A DNA stretch of 37,187 nt from Promethearchaeota archaeon. Lineage in GTDB: Archaea; Asgardarchaeota; Lokiarchaeia; Sigyniarchaeales; SOKP01. The notes beneath the pieces were generated by a model. It did no database searches and had not been told where the DNA came from. It saw only the letters and a list, made by a program, of their open reading frames with translations. Position 1 is the stretch's first letter, and every line of letters begins with the position of its first letter. Where the stretch lies: contig JAEOTP010000051.1 in NCBI GenBank assembly GCA_016839765.1, positions 1-37,187 of the forward strand, written 5' to 3'. Below are positions 1 through 9,667 of the stretch, piece after piece. A program made the position numbers and the translations under genes.

Positions 1-2
1 CT

Positions 3-458
3 TTAACCCATGTACATGTAAATCAAGCATCCTATCAATATCCCGAATGTTAGTAATACCACAAATCCCATTTTCTTATTTTTTTCGAAAGTCACGCCAA
101 TTATGCTGAAGTCAGCAGCATAAAATACTATAATGTAGGGGATATGAAGTGGTAATATCTCTCTGAATGGAATCATGAGGATATAGTCTAATAATAATTC
201 CAAAAAGAGATAGAATAGGATAATGACTAAAGAGATTATAATCTTTTTTTCCTCCTTTTCCTTAATATATCCTATTAAGGTGATAGAGAAGGGAATTATT
301 AGGAGAATCACAATAAGACCAGAAACCTGCACGAGTTCCATATTTCCTATCTTTGTCGCAATATAAATAATACTTACTGAAATATTGAAAATAATAGAAG
401 AGATAATGAAAATAATATCCATTGATTTACCTAAATTTAATGATTTTGATTTACTCAT
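3..458 (-). CDS. Hypothetical multi-pass membrane protein (about 5 TM)
   Basis: 151-aa ORF made of hydrophobic helices; lies 25 nt downstream of the GTPase on the same strand. Confidence 0.75.
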   Translation of the reverse strand: MSKSKSLNLGKSMDIIFIISSIIFNISVSIIYIATKIGNMELVQVSGLIVILLIIPFSITLIGYIKEKEEKKIIISLVIILFYLFLELLLDYILMIPFREILPLHIPYIIVFYAADFSIIGVTFEKNKKMGFVVLLTFGILIGCLIYMYMG

Positions 459-483
459 AATATTAAAAATTTCATTTCATTTA

Positions 484-1041
484 TTAAAGCCTAAGCTTGA
501 TTTCAGCGATGTCTAAACCAGCCATAAGACAAGTAAGAACATAAAAACAATCATCTACCCTCTTTCCTGTCTTAGCTGAGGTTTCAATATAATATAAGTT
601 GAAGTCTTTGGCAAATTGATTTATTTCTTCCATAGAAATGGCTCTCTGATCAGGTAAATCGCTTTTATTACCAACTAACAAAAGAGGGATTTCAAATTTT
701 ATATTGGTACGCACTTCTTCTATCCATTTGAGAAGATGTTCAAAACTAGCATAATTTGTAAGATCAAAGACTAAAATTGCTCCTAAAGAACCCTGATAAT
801 ACATAGGTCTTATAGAACCAAATCGTTCTTCCCCGCCCGTGTCCCATACTTGCAATTTACATGTAATTAAGCCTTCATCTATTTCTATTGATATTGTTTT
901 AACGTGGAAATCTACTCCAATGGTCATTTTATAATCTTCGGTAAAAATTCCTTTTGAAAATCTAATAGTTAAAGCTGTTTTACCTACCCCACCATCTCCT
1001 ACAACAATCGTTTTAAAAAGATAATCATATTCTTGAGCCAT
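484..1041 (-). CDS. Rab-like small GTPase (Ras superfamily)
   Basis: G1 GDGGVGKT, G2 T-IGVDF, G3 WDTGGEERF, G4 GNKSD, G5 TSAK; Rab-like N-terminus EYDYLFK; RabF-like motifs IGVDF, KLQVW, YYQGS, LVFDLT; no C-terminal prenylation motif. Confidence 0.95.
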   Translation of the reverse strand: MAQEYDYLFKTIVVGDGGVGKTALTIRFSKGIFTEDYKMTIGVDFHVKTISIEIDEGLITCKLQVWDTGGEERFGSIRPMYYQGSLGAILVFDLTNYASFEHLLKWIEEVRTNIKFEIPLLLVGNKSDLPDQRAISMEEINQFAKDFNLYYIETSAKTGKRVDDCFYVLTCLMAGLDIAEIKLRL

Positions 1042-1361
1042 TTTACATCAACCATTGAGATTTTCTTTTGTTCTATATTTCAATTCCACGATTTTTAATT
1101 ATACTATTAAATGAAGATTTATAAGAATCTAGTTATTTTTAATTTGATAATTTGTGTTAAATTAAAAAATTAAAGATTATTGACTATATATAAGGATAAA
1201 CTGTTTATTTGAATTTAACATTCTCAACCCTATTAAAAAAGTGGATATTATTTATAATTATTATTATATAAAAGTATTGTTTTCACTTAACTATCGTAAT
1301 AACAAGTTAGTTATGAAGAAAAAATAATGTAAATAAAATAATAATTATAAGATGATATCTA

Positions 1362-2627
1362 ATGTTATCCGAGTTTGAACAGAAATTAGAAAAATATGCT
1401 GAAGTAATATTAAAAGTAGGGTTAAATCTCCAACCTAAACAGCGGTTACTCATCGGAGGGGCTTCTAGTGCCTATGATGGTATATCTTTTGAAGCAGCTC
1501 CGTTGGTACGGATAATTGCAAGAAAAGCATACCAAATGGGGGCTCGATTGGTTGATGTGGTATGGGGTGATGAGCAATTACGCTTGATTCGATTTCAATA
1601 TGGTCCCAAAAGATCGCTTAAAGAATATCCAAAATGGAGAATAGATGCGAGACTCGATATTTCTCAAGCGGGAGATGCGAATCTTCACATTAGCAGCCCA
1701 AATCCCGATTTATTGAATGGAGTGGATCCTAGCCTGATTTTAAAATTTCAACTCCCTCTACATAAGCAACTTAAGCCCCTATTAAATCTTGTTTCTCAAT
1801 ATGCTTTAAACTGGTTAATAATTTCAACACCAAACCGAGCTTGGGGAGATAAAGTATTTCCAGACATTCCTTCACATGAGCGGATTCAGAAATTATGGGA
1901 TATGATATTTAAAATTTGTCGAATAACTGAAGAGGATCCTATTTCTGCGTGGCAAAATCATAATAAAAACCTCCATAAGCGATGTAATTATTTAAATCAA
2001 AAACAGTATAAAACACTAAAATTAACTTCTCCAGAAACTAATCTAACTGTTGGATTGCCTAAAGATCATATCTGGCATGGTGGAAGTGTAACATCACAGA
2101 GTGGGATTGATTTTACACCAAACTTACCTACTGAAGAAATTTTTACGATTCCACATAAAGACCGGGTTGATGGGGTTGTTAAGACTACTAGACCAGTTTT
2201 CTATCAAGGAAAAGTTATTGAGGAGTGTTCTTTTAAGTTTTCTAACGGCCGGATAATTGAGGCACAAGCTAAGGTTAGTGAAGATATTTTAATTAAGATA
2301 ATTGATATGGACGAAGGAGCTCGAAGATTAGGAGAGATTGCTTTAGTACCTCATAGTTCTCCCATATCACAGACAGGATTGCTTTTTTACAATATTTTAA
2401 TCGATGAAAATGCTTCAAATCATATTGCAATAGGTCAGGCTTTCAGAAATTCATTGAAAAATGGAAAGGAATTGACAGACGAAGAGTTCATGGCTGCTGG
2501 AGGTAATAATAGCATTATCCACCTTGATCTTATGATTGGTTCGGGAGAAATGAACGTAGATGGAATATTAGAGGATGAGACCGTAGAACCAATAATAAGA
2601 AACGGAGATTGGGCTTTTGATGTATGA
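1362..2627 (+). CDS. Aminopeptidase, M29 family (AmpS/aminopeptidase T-like)
   Basis: KLEKYAEVILKVGLNLQ start, PNLPTEEIFT, LGEIALV, NILIDENASNHIAIG, NNSIIHLDLMIG metal-ligand motifs. Confidence 0.93.
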   Translation: MLSEFEQKLEKYAEVILKVGLNLQPKQRLLIGGASSAYDGISFEAAPLVRIIARKAYQMGARLVDVVWGDEQLRLIRFQYGPKRSLKEYPKWRIDARLDISQAGDANLHISSPNPDLLNGVDPSLILKFQLPLHKQLKPLLNLVSQYALNWLIISTPNRAWGDKVFPDIPSHERIQKLWDMIFKICRITEEDPISAWQNHNKNLHKRCNYLNQKQYKTLKLTSPETNLTVGLPKDHIWHGGSVTSQSGIDFTPNLPTEEIFTIPHKDRVDGVVKTTRPVFYQGKVIEECSFKFSNGRIIEAQAKVSEDILIKIIDMDEGARRLGEIALVPHSSPISQTGLLFYNILIDENASNHIAIGQAFRNSLKNGKELTDEEFMAAGGNNSIIHLDLMIGSGEMNVDGILEDETVEPIIRNGDWAFDV

Positions 2628-2691
2628 TTTGATCTTTAACTGAGAAATTTTCTAATTTTGGAAGATCTTGATCTCTTTCATGAATAATTAA

Positions 2692-3066
2692 TTACAAGGA
2701 GAAAATATTCAAGATTGCTATGCTAACTGAAGCAATAAGAATTATTCCGAACATAATCACAAATGACCACTGTTTTCTTTGTCCATAGTAACCTGCTGCA
2801 TTAATCACTGCATAAATTACTAATCCCATTGCTAGAATAAAGAAATAAGGTGCCCAAGAGAGCCCAATAAGAAGAAAAATTCCGCTTACGAGAGAGAGAA
2901 TCCCCATTGTAATTTCAGCAGTTAAATGAAGCGCTATTGCTACAGGTTCTGTTTTCAATTCTGGTACCTGTTTTGTTAGAAGCAACATTGTCCAAAGTCC
3001 TAAAATCCCTATTCCTATTCCTATTGCGTATATTCCACTAATTATTAAAAGAACCATACTTCTCAC
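2692..3066 (-). CDS. Hypothetical 4-TM membrane protein
   Basis: 124 aa, four hydrophobic helices, conserved-looking HLTAE and YAVINAAGYY. Confidence 0.75.
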   Translation of the reverse strand: MRSMVLLIISGIYAIGIGIGILGLWTMLLLTKQVPELKTEPVAIALHLTAEITMGILSLVSGIFLLIGLSWAPYFFILAMGLVIYAVINAAGYYGQRKQWSFVIMFGIILIASVSIAILNIFSL

Positions 3067-3251
3067 CTTTTAAGGCAATTTTGTTAAAGAAGATAAGAAC
3101 TTAATCAAATAAAAGATTTTTGCTTCTTTTTAATTCATTATTTTATGCAATTAGGCTCACAGCGAAGAATTCTGGAATTGCATCTCTTCTTATTATTGCA
3201 ATAATATTATTATTGAGAAAAGCATTCAGAATTTTATCAGATAAGGATAGA

Positions 3252-4004
3252 TTACTGGTTTAGAAATTCTAAGATACTCTTCATTGGAATCCCGGTTACC
3301 ATAAATATAAAGGGTTTCTCATTGCTTGAAGCCTTAATAAACTCTTCACTATAGAATAATTGGCAAAACTTTGTATACTTTTCTGATACCATATTAAATT
3401 GGCGTGGAGAGAGGTGTAAATAGCTAGATAATGCAGGAAATTCTATAGTTTCCGAACCATTTTTTGAAGTTATTTTTGACTCAACATCGTTAATTTCATA
3501 TTTAGGCCTAAATAACCCATAAATTACTTTTTTTGCAACATTTATCATCTTTTCTGGTTCTTTCTCAAAATTATTACTTACTTTTTCAAAAAAGCGCTGT
3601 GTTATGTTTAAATTAGCTTTACGAATTTTAATTGCATATAGCAATAGATTAATCACAGCTTTTGCTTGATCAGTGGTTGGCTTTTCTGGATTAAGTCCTG
3701 GGATGAAATCTTCAAATTCAGTGCTAAATTCAGGATTGAGAGAATATACATTCTCAAATACTTTAGGTTTATTAGAATTAGGATCAGAGTATATAGCTCT
3801 TTTTTCTTCAATAACACCATTTACTTCTTTCAACTTTTTTATATGCTCATGAATAGTAGATTTACTTTTATTCAATTTTTCAGCAATCTCGGTCAGGCTT
3901 AACTTTCCGTACATATTAAGATAAGTATAAATTTGGAATCTTGTCTTGTTTAAAAGATCAAACAGATCAGACATTTGTTCCTTTTTTAACGATATTTTAT
4001 CCAT
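3252..4004 (-). CDS. Winged-helix transcriptional regulator (ArsR/TrmB-like N-terminus)
   Basis: TRFQIYTYL...LSLTEIAEKLNKSKSTIHEHIKKL helix-turn-helix; divergent from MFS gene. Confidence 0.85.
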   Translation of the reverse strand: MDKISLKKEQMSDLFDLLNKTRFQIYTYLNMYGKLSLTEIAEKLNKSKSTIHEHIKKLKEVNGVIEEKRAIYSDPNSNKPKVFENVYSLNPEFSTEFEDFIPGLNPEKPTTDQAKAVINLLLYAIKIRKANLNITQRFFEKVSNNFEKEPEKMINVAKKVIYGLFRPKYEINDVESKITSKNGSETIEFPALSSYLHLSPRQFNMVSEKYTKFCQLFYSEEFIKASSNEKPFIFMVTGIPMKSILEFLNQ

Positions 4005-4027
4005 TTTTTCTCACTCATCATATACAA

Positions 4028-4143
4028 TTCGAAAATATAAAAATGATCGAATTCGAATAATAATAAAAAATACGAACATTTAAATATTACCCATTTAATT
4101 TATTTAATATCAAATTCGAGATTGTTATCAAAAAACGAATTCG
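4028..4143. promoter_or_regulatory. Putative operator array, TTCG-N16/17-CGAA x3
   Basis: Copies at 4028-4051, 4052-4076, 4115-4139; CGAATTCG at 4048-4055 and 4136-4143, in an otherwise CG-poor divergent promoter region. Confidence 0.55.
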
Positions 4144-4159
4144 AAAAATAAAAAAAATA

Positions 4160-5602
4160 ATGAAGAGAAAAATGAAGAACAAAAAGGAAAATGTGATAAA
4201 AAAAGCTTGGCCTGCCTTTATTTCAAAAATTTCATATGCTATGACAATTAGTGCCGTATATTTGAATGTTATAATAATCTCAAAACTTCTCTGGTACAAT
4301 GAGCCATTTCATAGTGGTGAACTAGGTCTAATGATAGGTAGTACGATGATTATGACAGCACTTTCAGGTATACTTTTTGGATATTTAGCAGACAAATTTT
4401 CTAGAAAAAAAATCTATGCAATTTCAATCACTTTTTATGGATTTGGATTACTTTTGAATGGATTCGTTCCATTTGGGTTAGGAAACGTCTCATTTTATTT
4501 CTTTTTTACAACTCTTCTTATTCAAGGGTTTTTCAGTGGAGCTTTCACCCCTACTGAAACGTCCTATGTGAATGATATTGTTGACCAATCTATGCGTTCG
4601 AGATTTTATGGTTCAATTAATGCAGTTTTTCAATTAGCCCAGATTTTAGGAATGCTTGTTTCCTCAATCTTATTTCAAAATTTACTCTGGCGTCAATTCT
4701 ATTGGATTTTAGGTTCTTTAATAATTCTTGAAGGTATCTTAGTCGCAATTAAAGCACGAGAGCCTAAGAGGGCTATGAATCAAGAGGAATTAAAAGAAGT
4801 ATTAAAATCCTCCGATGTAAAATATAATTATAAACTTACAAAAGAAACAATTCGAAACACAATCCTTAGAAGGACCAATATGGTCGCATTCATAGAAGGT
4901 ATTTTTACTACCGTATTATTGTCAATCCCTGATTTCTTACTTATTGCTTACATAACAGGACCCCCCCATAATGTTGCTCCATTTACGACAACAATTTTTA
5001 TGCTAATAACGGGAGTACCCGGAGCAATAGTTGGTTCAATTAGTTTTGCAAAAATTTCTGATCATCTTGCAAAGAAAAACATTCGAAATCGAATTTATGT
5101 GATTATAACTTCGCTGATAGGGATGTTCGGAATATTCCTATTCATCTTTATCCTTCCCATCCCCAATTTCAGCTTAGAAGAAGGGAAAAGCATAGCAATT
5201 ATATTCAATCATCCGGAATTTATAATTATGGGTGTGTTAGCATTCCTCGCGAAAATGATTTATACAATTTATTCCATCAATCAACCCCCGATATTACAGA
5301 AAATCAATTTACCAGAAGCTCAAGGAAAGATTAGTTCAATAAATCAATCTCTAGAACTTATTGGTTCAGGATTAGGGCCAATTATAGCTGGGTTCCTATT
5401 AGCTAGTCTTAATCAGGATTATCGATCAACAGTCTTGATTTCTGCCACTATTGGAATGATAGGGTGCTTAACATGGTTACTTGGAGCGAAATCTATAAAA
5501 AGAGATATCCAAGGAATTTCATCAATATTAAAAATTAGGGCAGAGGAATTAAAAGAAAATGGTCAAATTCTTGACGAAATAAGCTTAATCGCTCAAGATT
5601 AA
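4160..5602 (+). CDS. MFS transporter
   Basis: Motif A-like GYLADKFSRKK, about 12 TM in two halves, RSRFYGS and QGKISS loop motifs. Confidence 0.92.
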   Translation: MKRKMKNKKENVIKKAWPAFISKISYAMTISAVYLNVIIISKLLWYNEPFHSGELGLMIGSTMIMTALSGILFGYLADKFSRKKIYAISITFYGFGLLLNGFVPFGLGNVSFYFFFTTLLIQGFFSGAFTPTETSYVNDIVDQSMRSRFYGSINAVFQLAQILGMLVSSILFQNLLWRQFYWILGSLIILEGILVAIKAREPKRAMNQEELKEVLKSSDVKYNYKLTKETIRNTILRRTNMVAFIEGIFTTVLLSIPDFLLIAYITGPPHNVAPFTTTIFMLITGVPGAIVGSISFAKISDHLAKKNIRNRIYVIITSLIGMFGIFLFIFILPIPNFSLEEGKSIAIIFNHPEFIIMGVLAFLAKMIYTIYSINQPPILQKINLPEAQGKISSINQSLELIGSGLGPIIAGFLLASLNQDYRSTVLISATIGMIGCLTWLLGAKSIKRDIQGISSILKIRAEELKENGQILDEISLIAQD

Positions 5603-5683
5603 ATATTAATTTATTTTTTTCTAGGAATTTCGATTGATATTTTTAAGCTTTAAAAAAATTAAAAAAAAAAATATTTACTTGTT

Positions 5684-5818
5684 TTATTCACAACAACTTT
5701 TATTTAGTGTTGTTTCACTTTTACGATCGCTATCATTTGAGCTCATACAAGTACAAATACAATCGTTATCTTCCTTAACGGGTTCCAAATCTTTTACTGG
5801 TTTAAATTTATTAGACAT
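5684..5818 (-). CDS. Unannotated 44-aa Cys-rich peptide (MSNKFKPVKDLEPVKEDNDCICTCMSSNDSDRKSETTLNKSCCE)
   Basis: Hand-translated; ATG at 5818, TAA at 5684-5686, SD-like GGATGA upstream, T-tract downstream on the minus strand; CxCxC and C-terminal CC. Confidence 0.65.
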   Translation of the reverse strand: MSNKFKPVKDLEPVKEDNDCICTCMSSNDSDRKSETTLNKSCCE

Positions 5819-5945
5819 TTTTTTATTTCATCCATAATTTTGTTTTTTTTATATTGATTCCAATCAATAAATTTTTAATAAATTGCTATATATTATATAT
5901 TAAGTATAAATTGTAAAGTATTTAAATTAACAAGTGTATAATAGC

Positions 5946-5975
5946 ATAGTAAGTAAAAATAAGGTGATTTACTAT
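5946..5975. promoter_or_regulatory. Inverted repeat ATAGTAA-N16-TTACTAT, candidate HxlR-type operator
   Basis: Arms at 5946-5952 and 5969-5975 enclose the AAGGTGA RBS-like motif of the regulator gene. Confidence 0.45.
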
Positions 5976-6342
5976 CAAAATAAATACTAATTCAAAATGT
6001 TATGATACAGAGGAAAATGGAATATGTTTTTGCCCGATTGAAGGAGTTATTGAAACGTTAAGCAAAAAATGGGCATTGGTAATTATTGGCACAATTAGTA
6101 ATCATAAAAGAATTAGATTTAATGAACTTATGAAAGATTTAATTGGGATAAGTCCAAGAACCTTATCAATGAGATTAAAAGAATTAGAAAAAGCAGAACT
6201 TATAAAAAGAGAAAGTTTCGCAGAAATTCCACCAAGAGTCGAATATACTTTGACGCAAGATGGCATAGAAGTGAAAGATGCTATGATACCTCTCATGGAG
6301 TGGGCTCATAAAAAATCAATTCAATCAAAAGCAGAAAAATAG
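5974..6342 (+). CDS. HxlR/DUF24-family winged-helix regulator (N-terminus extends upstream of the 6076 call)
   Basis: In-frame upstream sequence reads ICFCPIEGVIETLSKKWALVII, then RFNELMKDL-GISPRTLSMRLKELE and EIPPRVEYTLT; frame is open to a TGA at 5965-5967. Confidence 0.9.
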   Translation: MKINTNSKCYDTEENGICFCPIEGVIETLSKKWALVIIGTISNHKRIRFNELMKDLIGISPRTLSMRLKELEKAELIKRESFAEIPPRVEYTLTQDGIEVKDAMIPLMEWAHKKSIQSKAEK

Positions 6343-6468
6343 ATCAATTTAGCTATTTTTAATGAATATCTTACCCTTTCATAGCTAATTATTAATAATA
6401 TTAATTAAATTTGTAATTTGAATAGAAATTTACGAAATCTAGATTATATACCTGATAAACTTATACAT

Positions 6469-6981
6469 TTATTTTGTTAATTCGTGTATTAGATCGCATA
6501 TTTTTTGTGGGTTTCTTGTAGAGAAAAGAAATGGTCTACCAGATTGAAAGGTTAATTTTACAGCCTCTCCGAAATCTGTGTTATAGGCCCATGAGCCATC
6601 TAATCCAAATCGAATTCCTATCCCACCGTAAGTTCTAAAATGTGCTTTAGTTATATCACAACTGGTTATTTTGTTTAAGGGAATTCTTTTATGGTTAAAT
6701 ATTCCATAGGATACTTCAAGTTGATTACTAGTTAAATTAATTTTTAGTCCTCTGTAGTTCCAATAAAAAAGAAAAATGAGTATACTTACAACTCCAAATA
6801 TTATACCTATAAACCAAAATTCTTCTGGTATGATAACAGGAATGATTATACCGAGAGAAAGAATTAACAAAAATGCAAATAAGATTACAGCTTTTACAAA
6901 TTTTCCAGCGGGAACCCATTCTGCATATACTATTTCATTATTTTTCTGGATATTGTTTTCCTTAATTATATTAATCACCAA
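6469..6981 (-). CDS. Membrane protein, 2 TM plus probable PH-like soluble domain
   Basis: Two hydrophobic helices, then LEVSYGIFNHKRIPLNKI, YGGIGIR, FLFSTRNP. Confidence 0.75.
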   Translation of the reverse strand: MVINIIKENNIQKNNEIVYAEWVPAGKFVKAVILFAFLLILSLGIIIPVIIPEEFWFIGIIFGVVSILIFLFYWNYRGLKINLTSNQLEVSYGIFNHKRIPLNKITSCDITKAHFRTYGGIGIRFGLDGSWAYNTDFGEAVKLTFQSGRPFLFSTRNPQKICDLIHELTK

Positions 6982-7140
6982 TTTAATTTTGTGTTTTTCA
7001 CCATGCTAATCATAACTAAGATAGGATTTAAATTTTTTTAATCTGCTATATATGCAATTATATATTTCAAGAGTGTATCTTATCAAACTAATCAATCTAT
7101 TTGTTTTTAGTAAACTAATAAAGTAAAAGAACATTTAATA

Positions 7141-7974
7141 TTGATTAGAATGCCCAAAGAAGAAGAAATTATCGGTTCATATAAGATTTCTAAATTCCCT
7201 AAAGATAGAATTCCTACTCTTGATTTTCTTGCAGTCGGAGATAATAAACATTATGTAAAAGGATTAATTGAAGTTGATGTTACCAATGGACAGCAAATCA
7301 TTAATAATTATGAAGAGGAGACTGCTATAAAGATCTCATTTACTGCTTGGTTATTAAAGTGTATAGGAAAGGCAGCCAGTGAATATAAAGAAGTTCACTC
7401 ACTGATGAAGGGTAAAAAGAAGATCATATCTTTTGATGATGTTGATATCTCTGTTCCTGTCGAAAGGTTAGCTAAAGGATTGAATGTTGTGATGCCGCTA
7501 GTAATAAGAAAGACTAATTTAAAAAGTGTCAAACAAATTCATGAAGAAATTAGATCAGCACAATCAGAGGAAGTTGATGGAGCTACTGTACTTGGAGAGT
7601 CTTCAATTAAAAGATGGGTTAAATTTTATACGAAACTTCCGAAATCAATAAGGAGATTTTTAATAAAGAGGTTATTGAAAAATCCCTTAAGAGTTAAGAA
7701 ATTAATGGGTACAATTATAGTAACTGCAATTGGAATGTTTGGAAAACTCTATGGATGGCCAATTCCGACTACTTCTCATCCACTAGCATTCGCGATTGGA
7801 GGAATTACCAAAAAGCCAGGAGTTATAAATGATAAAATTGAGATTAGACAATATTTAACAATTACTGTCTTATTTAATCATGATGTAGTAGATGGTGCTC
7901 CTGCTGCTCGTTTTATTACCAAACTAAAAGAATTAATTGAATCAGGTTATGGATTAATGGAATTAGAATTTTAA
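7141..7974 (+). CDS. 2-oxoacid dehydrogenase E2-type acyltransferase, catalytic domain only
   Basis: ISFTAWLLKCIG, GTIIVTAIGMFG, FNHDVVDGAPAARF (HxxxDG); no lipoyl domain. Confidence 0.88.
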   Translation: MIRMPKEEEIIGSYKISKFPKDRIPTLDFLAVGDNKHYVKGLIEVDVTNGQQIINNYEEETAIKISFTAWLLKCIGKAASEYKEVHSLMKGKKKIISFDDVDISVPVERLAKGLNVVMPLVIRKTNLKSVKQIHEEIRSAQSEEVDGATVLGESSIKRWVKFYTKLPKSIRRFLIKRLLKNPLRVKKLMGTIIVTAIGMFGKLYGWPIPTTSHPLAFAIGGITKKPGVINDKIEIRQYLTITVLFNHDVVDGAPAARFITKLKELIESGYGLMELEF

Positions 7975-8005
7975 TTATATATATAAAGAAAATAATAATC
8001 TAGAT

Positions 8006-9561
8006 ATGAATGAAATTAAAGAAAGTCCTGAACATGTCATAGAATTTCGATTATCAAAGAAGAAATTCCTTTTTAATTTGATAAAATTAATTCCAAAAAT
8101 GAAAAAGATTAGAAAAAAAGCCGAACAAATTCTACTTGAAGCTGAACCACCAAAGCTAAAGGTTGAGGCACCTACCTCAGAGAAAGTCCAGGAAGATTTA
8201 GAAAGTATTTGCAAAGTTCCACATCGAAGAATTGGAACAGAACATGCCCATGAAATTGAAGATTTTTTAGTAAGTAAATGTAAAGAATTAGGATTGGAAT
8301 CTGTGAAAAAAGAACCTGTTGAAGTAATGAACTGGGGTGCAACGAATTGGAAATTAAGAATATCAACAGAACTAGAAGAGATAGATGTGCCATGTTTTTA
8401 TGTGCTTAATACAGGGTTTACATCAGAAAATGGTATAACAGCTCCTCTGGTTTACATCGGAACCGGAAAAAAAAGGATTTTAAGAAAGTAGATGTTAGCG
8501 GTAAGATTGTAGTTGCAGATATTGAATTTCCAACCTTGCCTTTAGGGAAATTGATAAAATTAGCTAAACTATTTTATGTTTCAGATCCTTCTAATACGAT
8601 TGATGAAGCTACTGAAATCGTCTTAACATTTGCATTAACTAACTTTCCTCCTCAAACTTTAGGAGGAAAAAGAAGAGAAGATTCTGTATACTGGCGCGTA
8701 TTTGATAGAGGTGCATTGGGTTTAATATTAATTTTAAGGGATTATCCATCAAATGTAAATAGCCATTGGGGTCCCTATGATGGTGCTATGAAACCAATTC
8801 CCGCATTATATGTTGGTAAATATGATGGAATGAAAGTCCGAGAAGTAGTACAGGAAGAAAATGCTCAAGGCACTATCATACTTGAAGGCTTTAAAGAACC
8901 AAGTATTGCACATAATATTTGGGGTATTTTACCAGGAAATTCTGAGGAAATGATAATGATTTCTAGTCATCATGATTCAGCATTTAAAGGAGCATCTGAA
9001 GATGGTATAGGAGTAGCGATGGTATTAGCTCAACTAAGAGCATGGGCAAAAATTCCAAAGGAAGAACGCCCTAGAACTTTGCTCTTTTGCTTAACAGCAG
9101 GGCATCTATATGGGGGGATTGGTGCTGAAACATTTGCCCGTAAATATAAGGATACCTTATTAAAAAATGTAATTGTAGATCTAAACTTAGAACATATGTG
9201 TGCTAAAGAGGTTGTAGAAGATCCCACAACTCATGACTTTAAAACAACAAGCAATTTATCAATAGGAGCAGTCTTTATCTCAAGAAATGAAAATTTAGTA
9301 GCCCCTGTTATTAAGGTCTGTAGAGAATATAATATTGAAAGAACGATCTTAATTCCAGATAACTTTTTCGCAACACCTCCAATCGGAGAAGCAGGGCATT
9401 TTACCACTCAAGCAGATTTAAATGTTATTCATTGGATTAGATCACCTTATTATTTATTAACAGCAGAGGATACGCTCGATAAGATTAATATAGAAAAGCT
9501 CCATTCTACCGCTCAATGTATATCTGATTTAATCGTTTCATTAATGTATATACCCAGATAG
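8006..9561 (+). pseudogene. PA-domain/M28 metallopeptidase split by a -1 frameshift in an A8 tract (ORFs 8006-8491 and 8536-9561)
   Basis: First ORF has PHRRIGTE and APLVYIGTG; adding one A at 8467-8474 continues KKKDFKKVDVSGKIVVADIEFPT into ORF2, which has SHHDS, GASEDGIG and LNLEH. Confidence 0.8.
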
Positions 9562-9667
9562 TATTATAAAGATTTAGCTACCAGTTATCGTTGGTATGTT
9601 GCCAATTCTATCCTCAAAAATAGAATTCAGAAGGAAAATTCAATTATGAAATAAATTAGAAAAAAAG

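Noticed and set aside
3191-3206. 16-bp palindrome TATTATTGCAATAATA
   Set aside because: Nearly all A/T within an ATT/AAT-rich patch; plausible by chance
5634-5837. 67-aa plus-strand ORF in the track
   Set aside because: Low complexity, spans terminator tracts; the minus-strand 44-aa peptide has better start and stop signals
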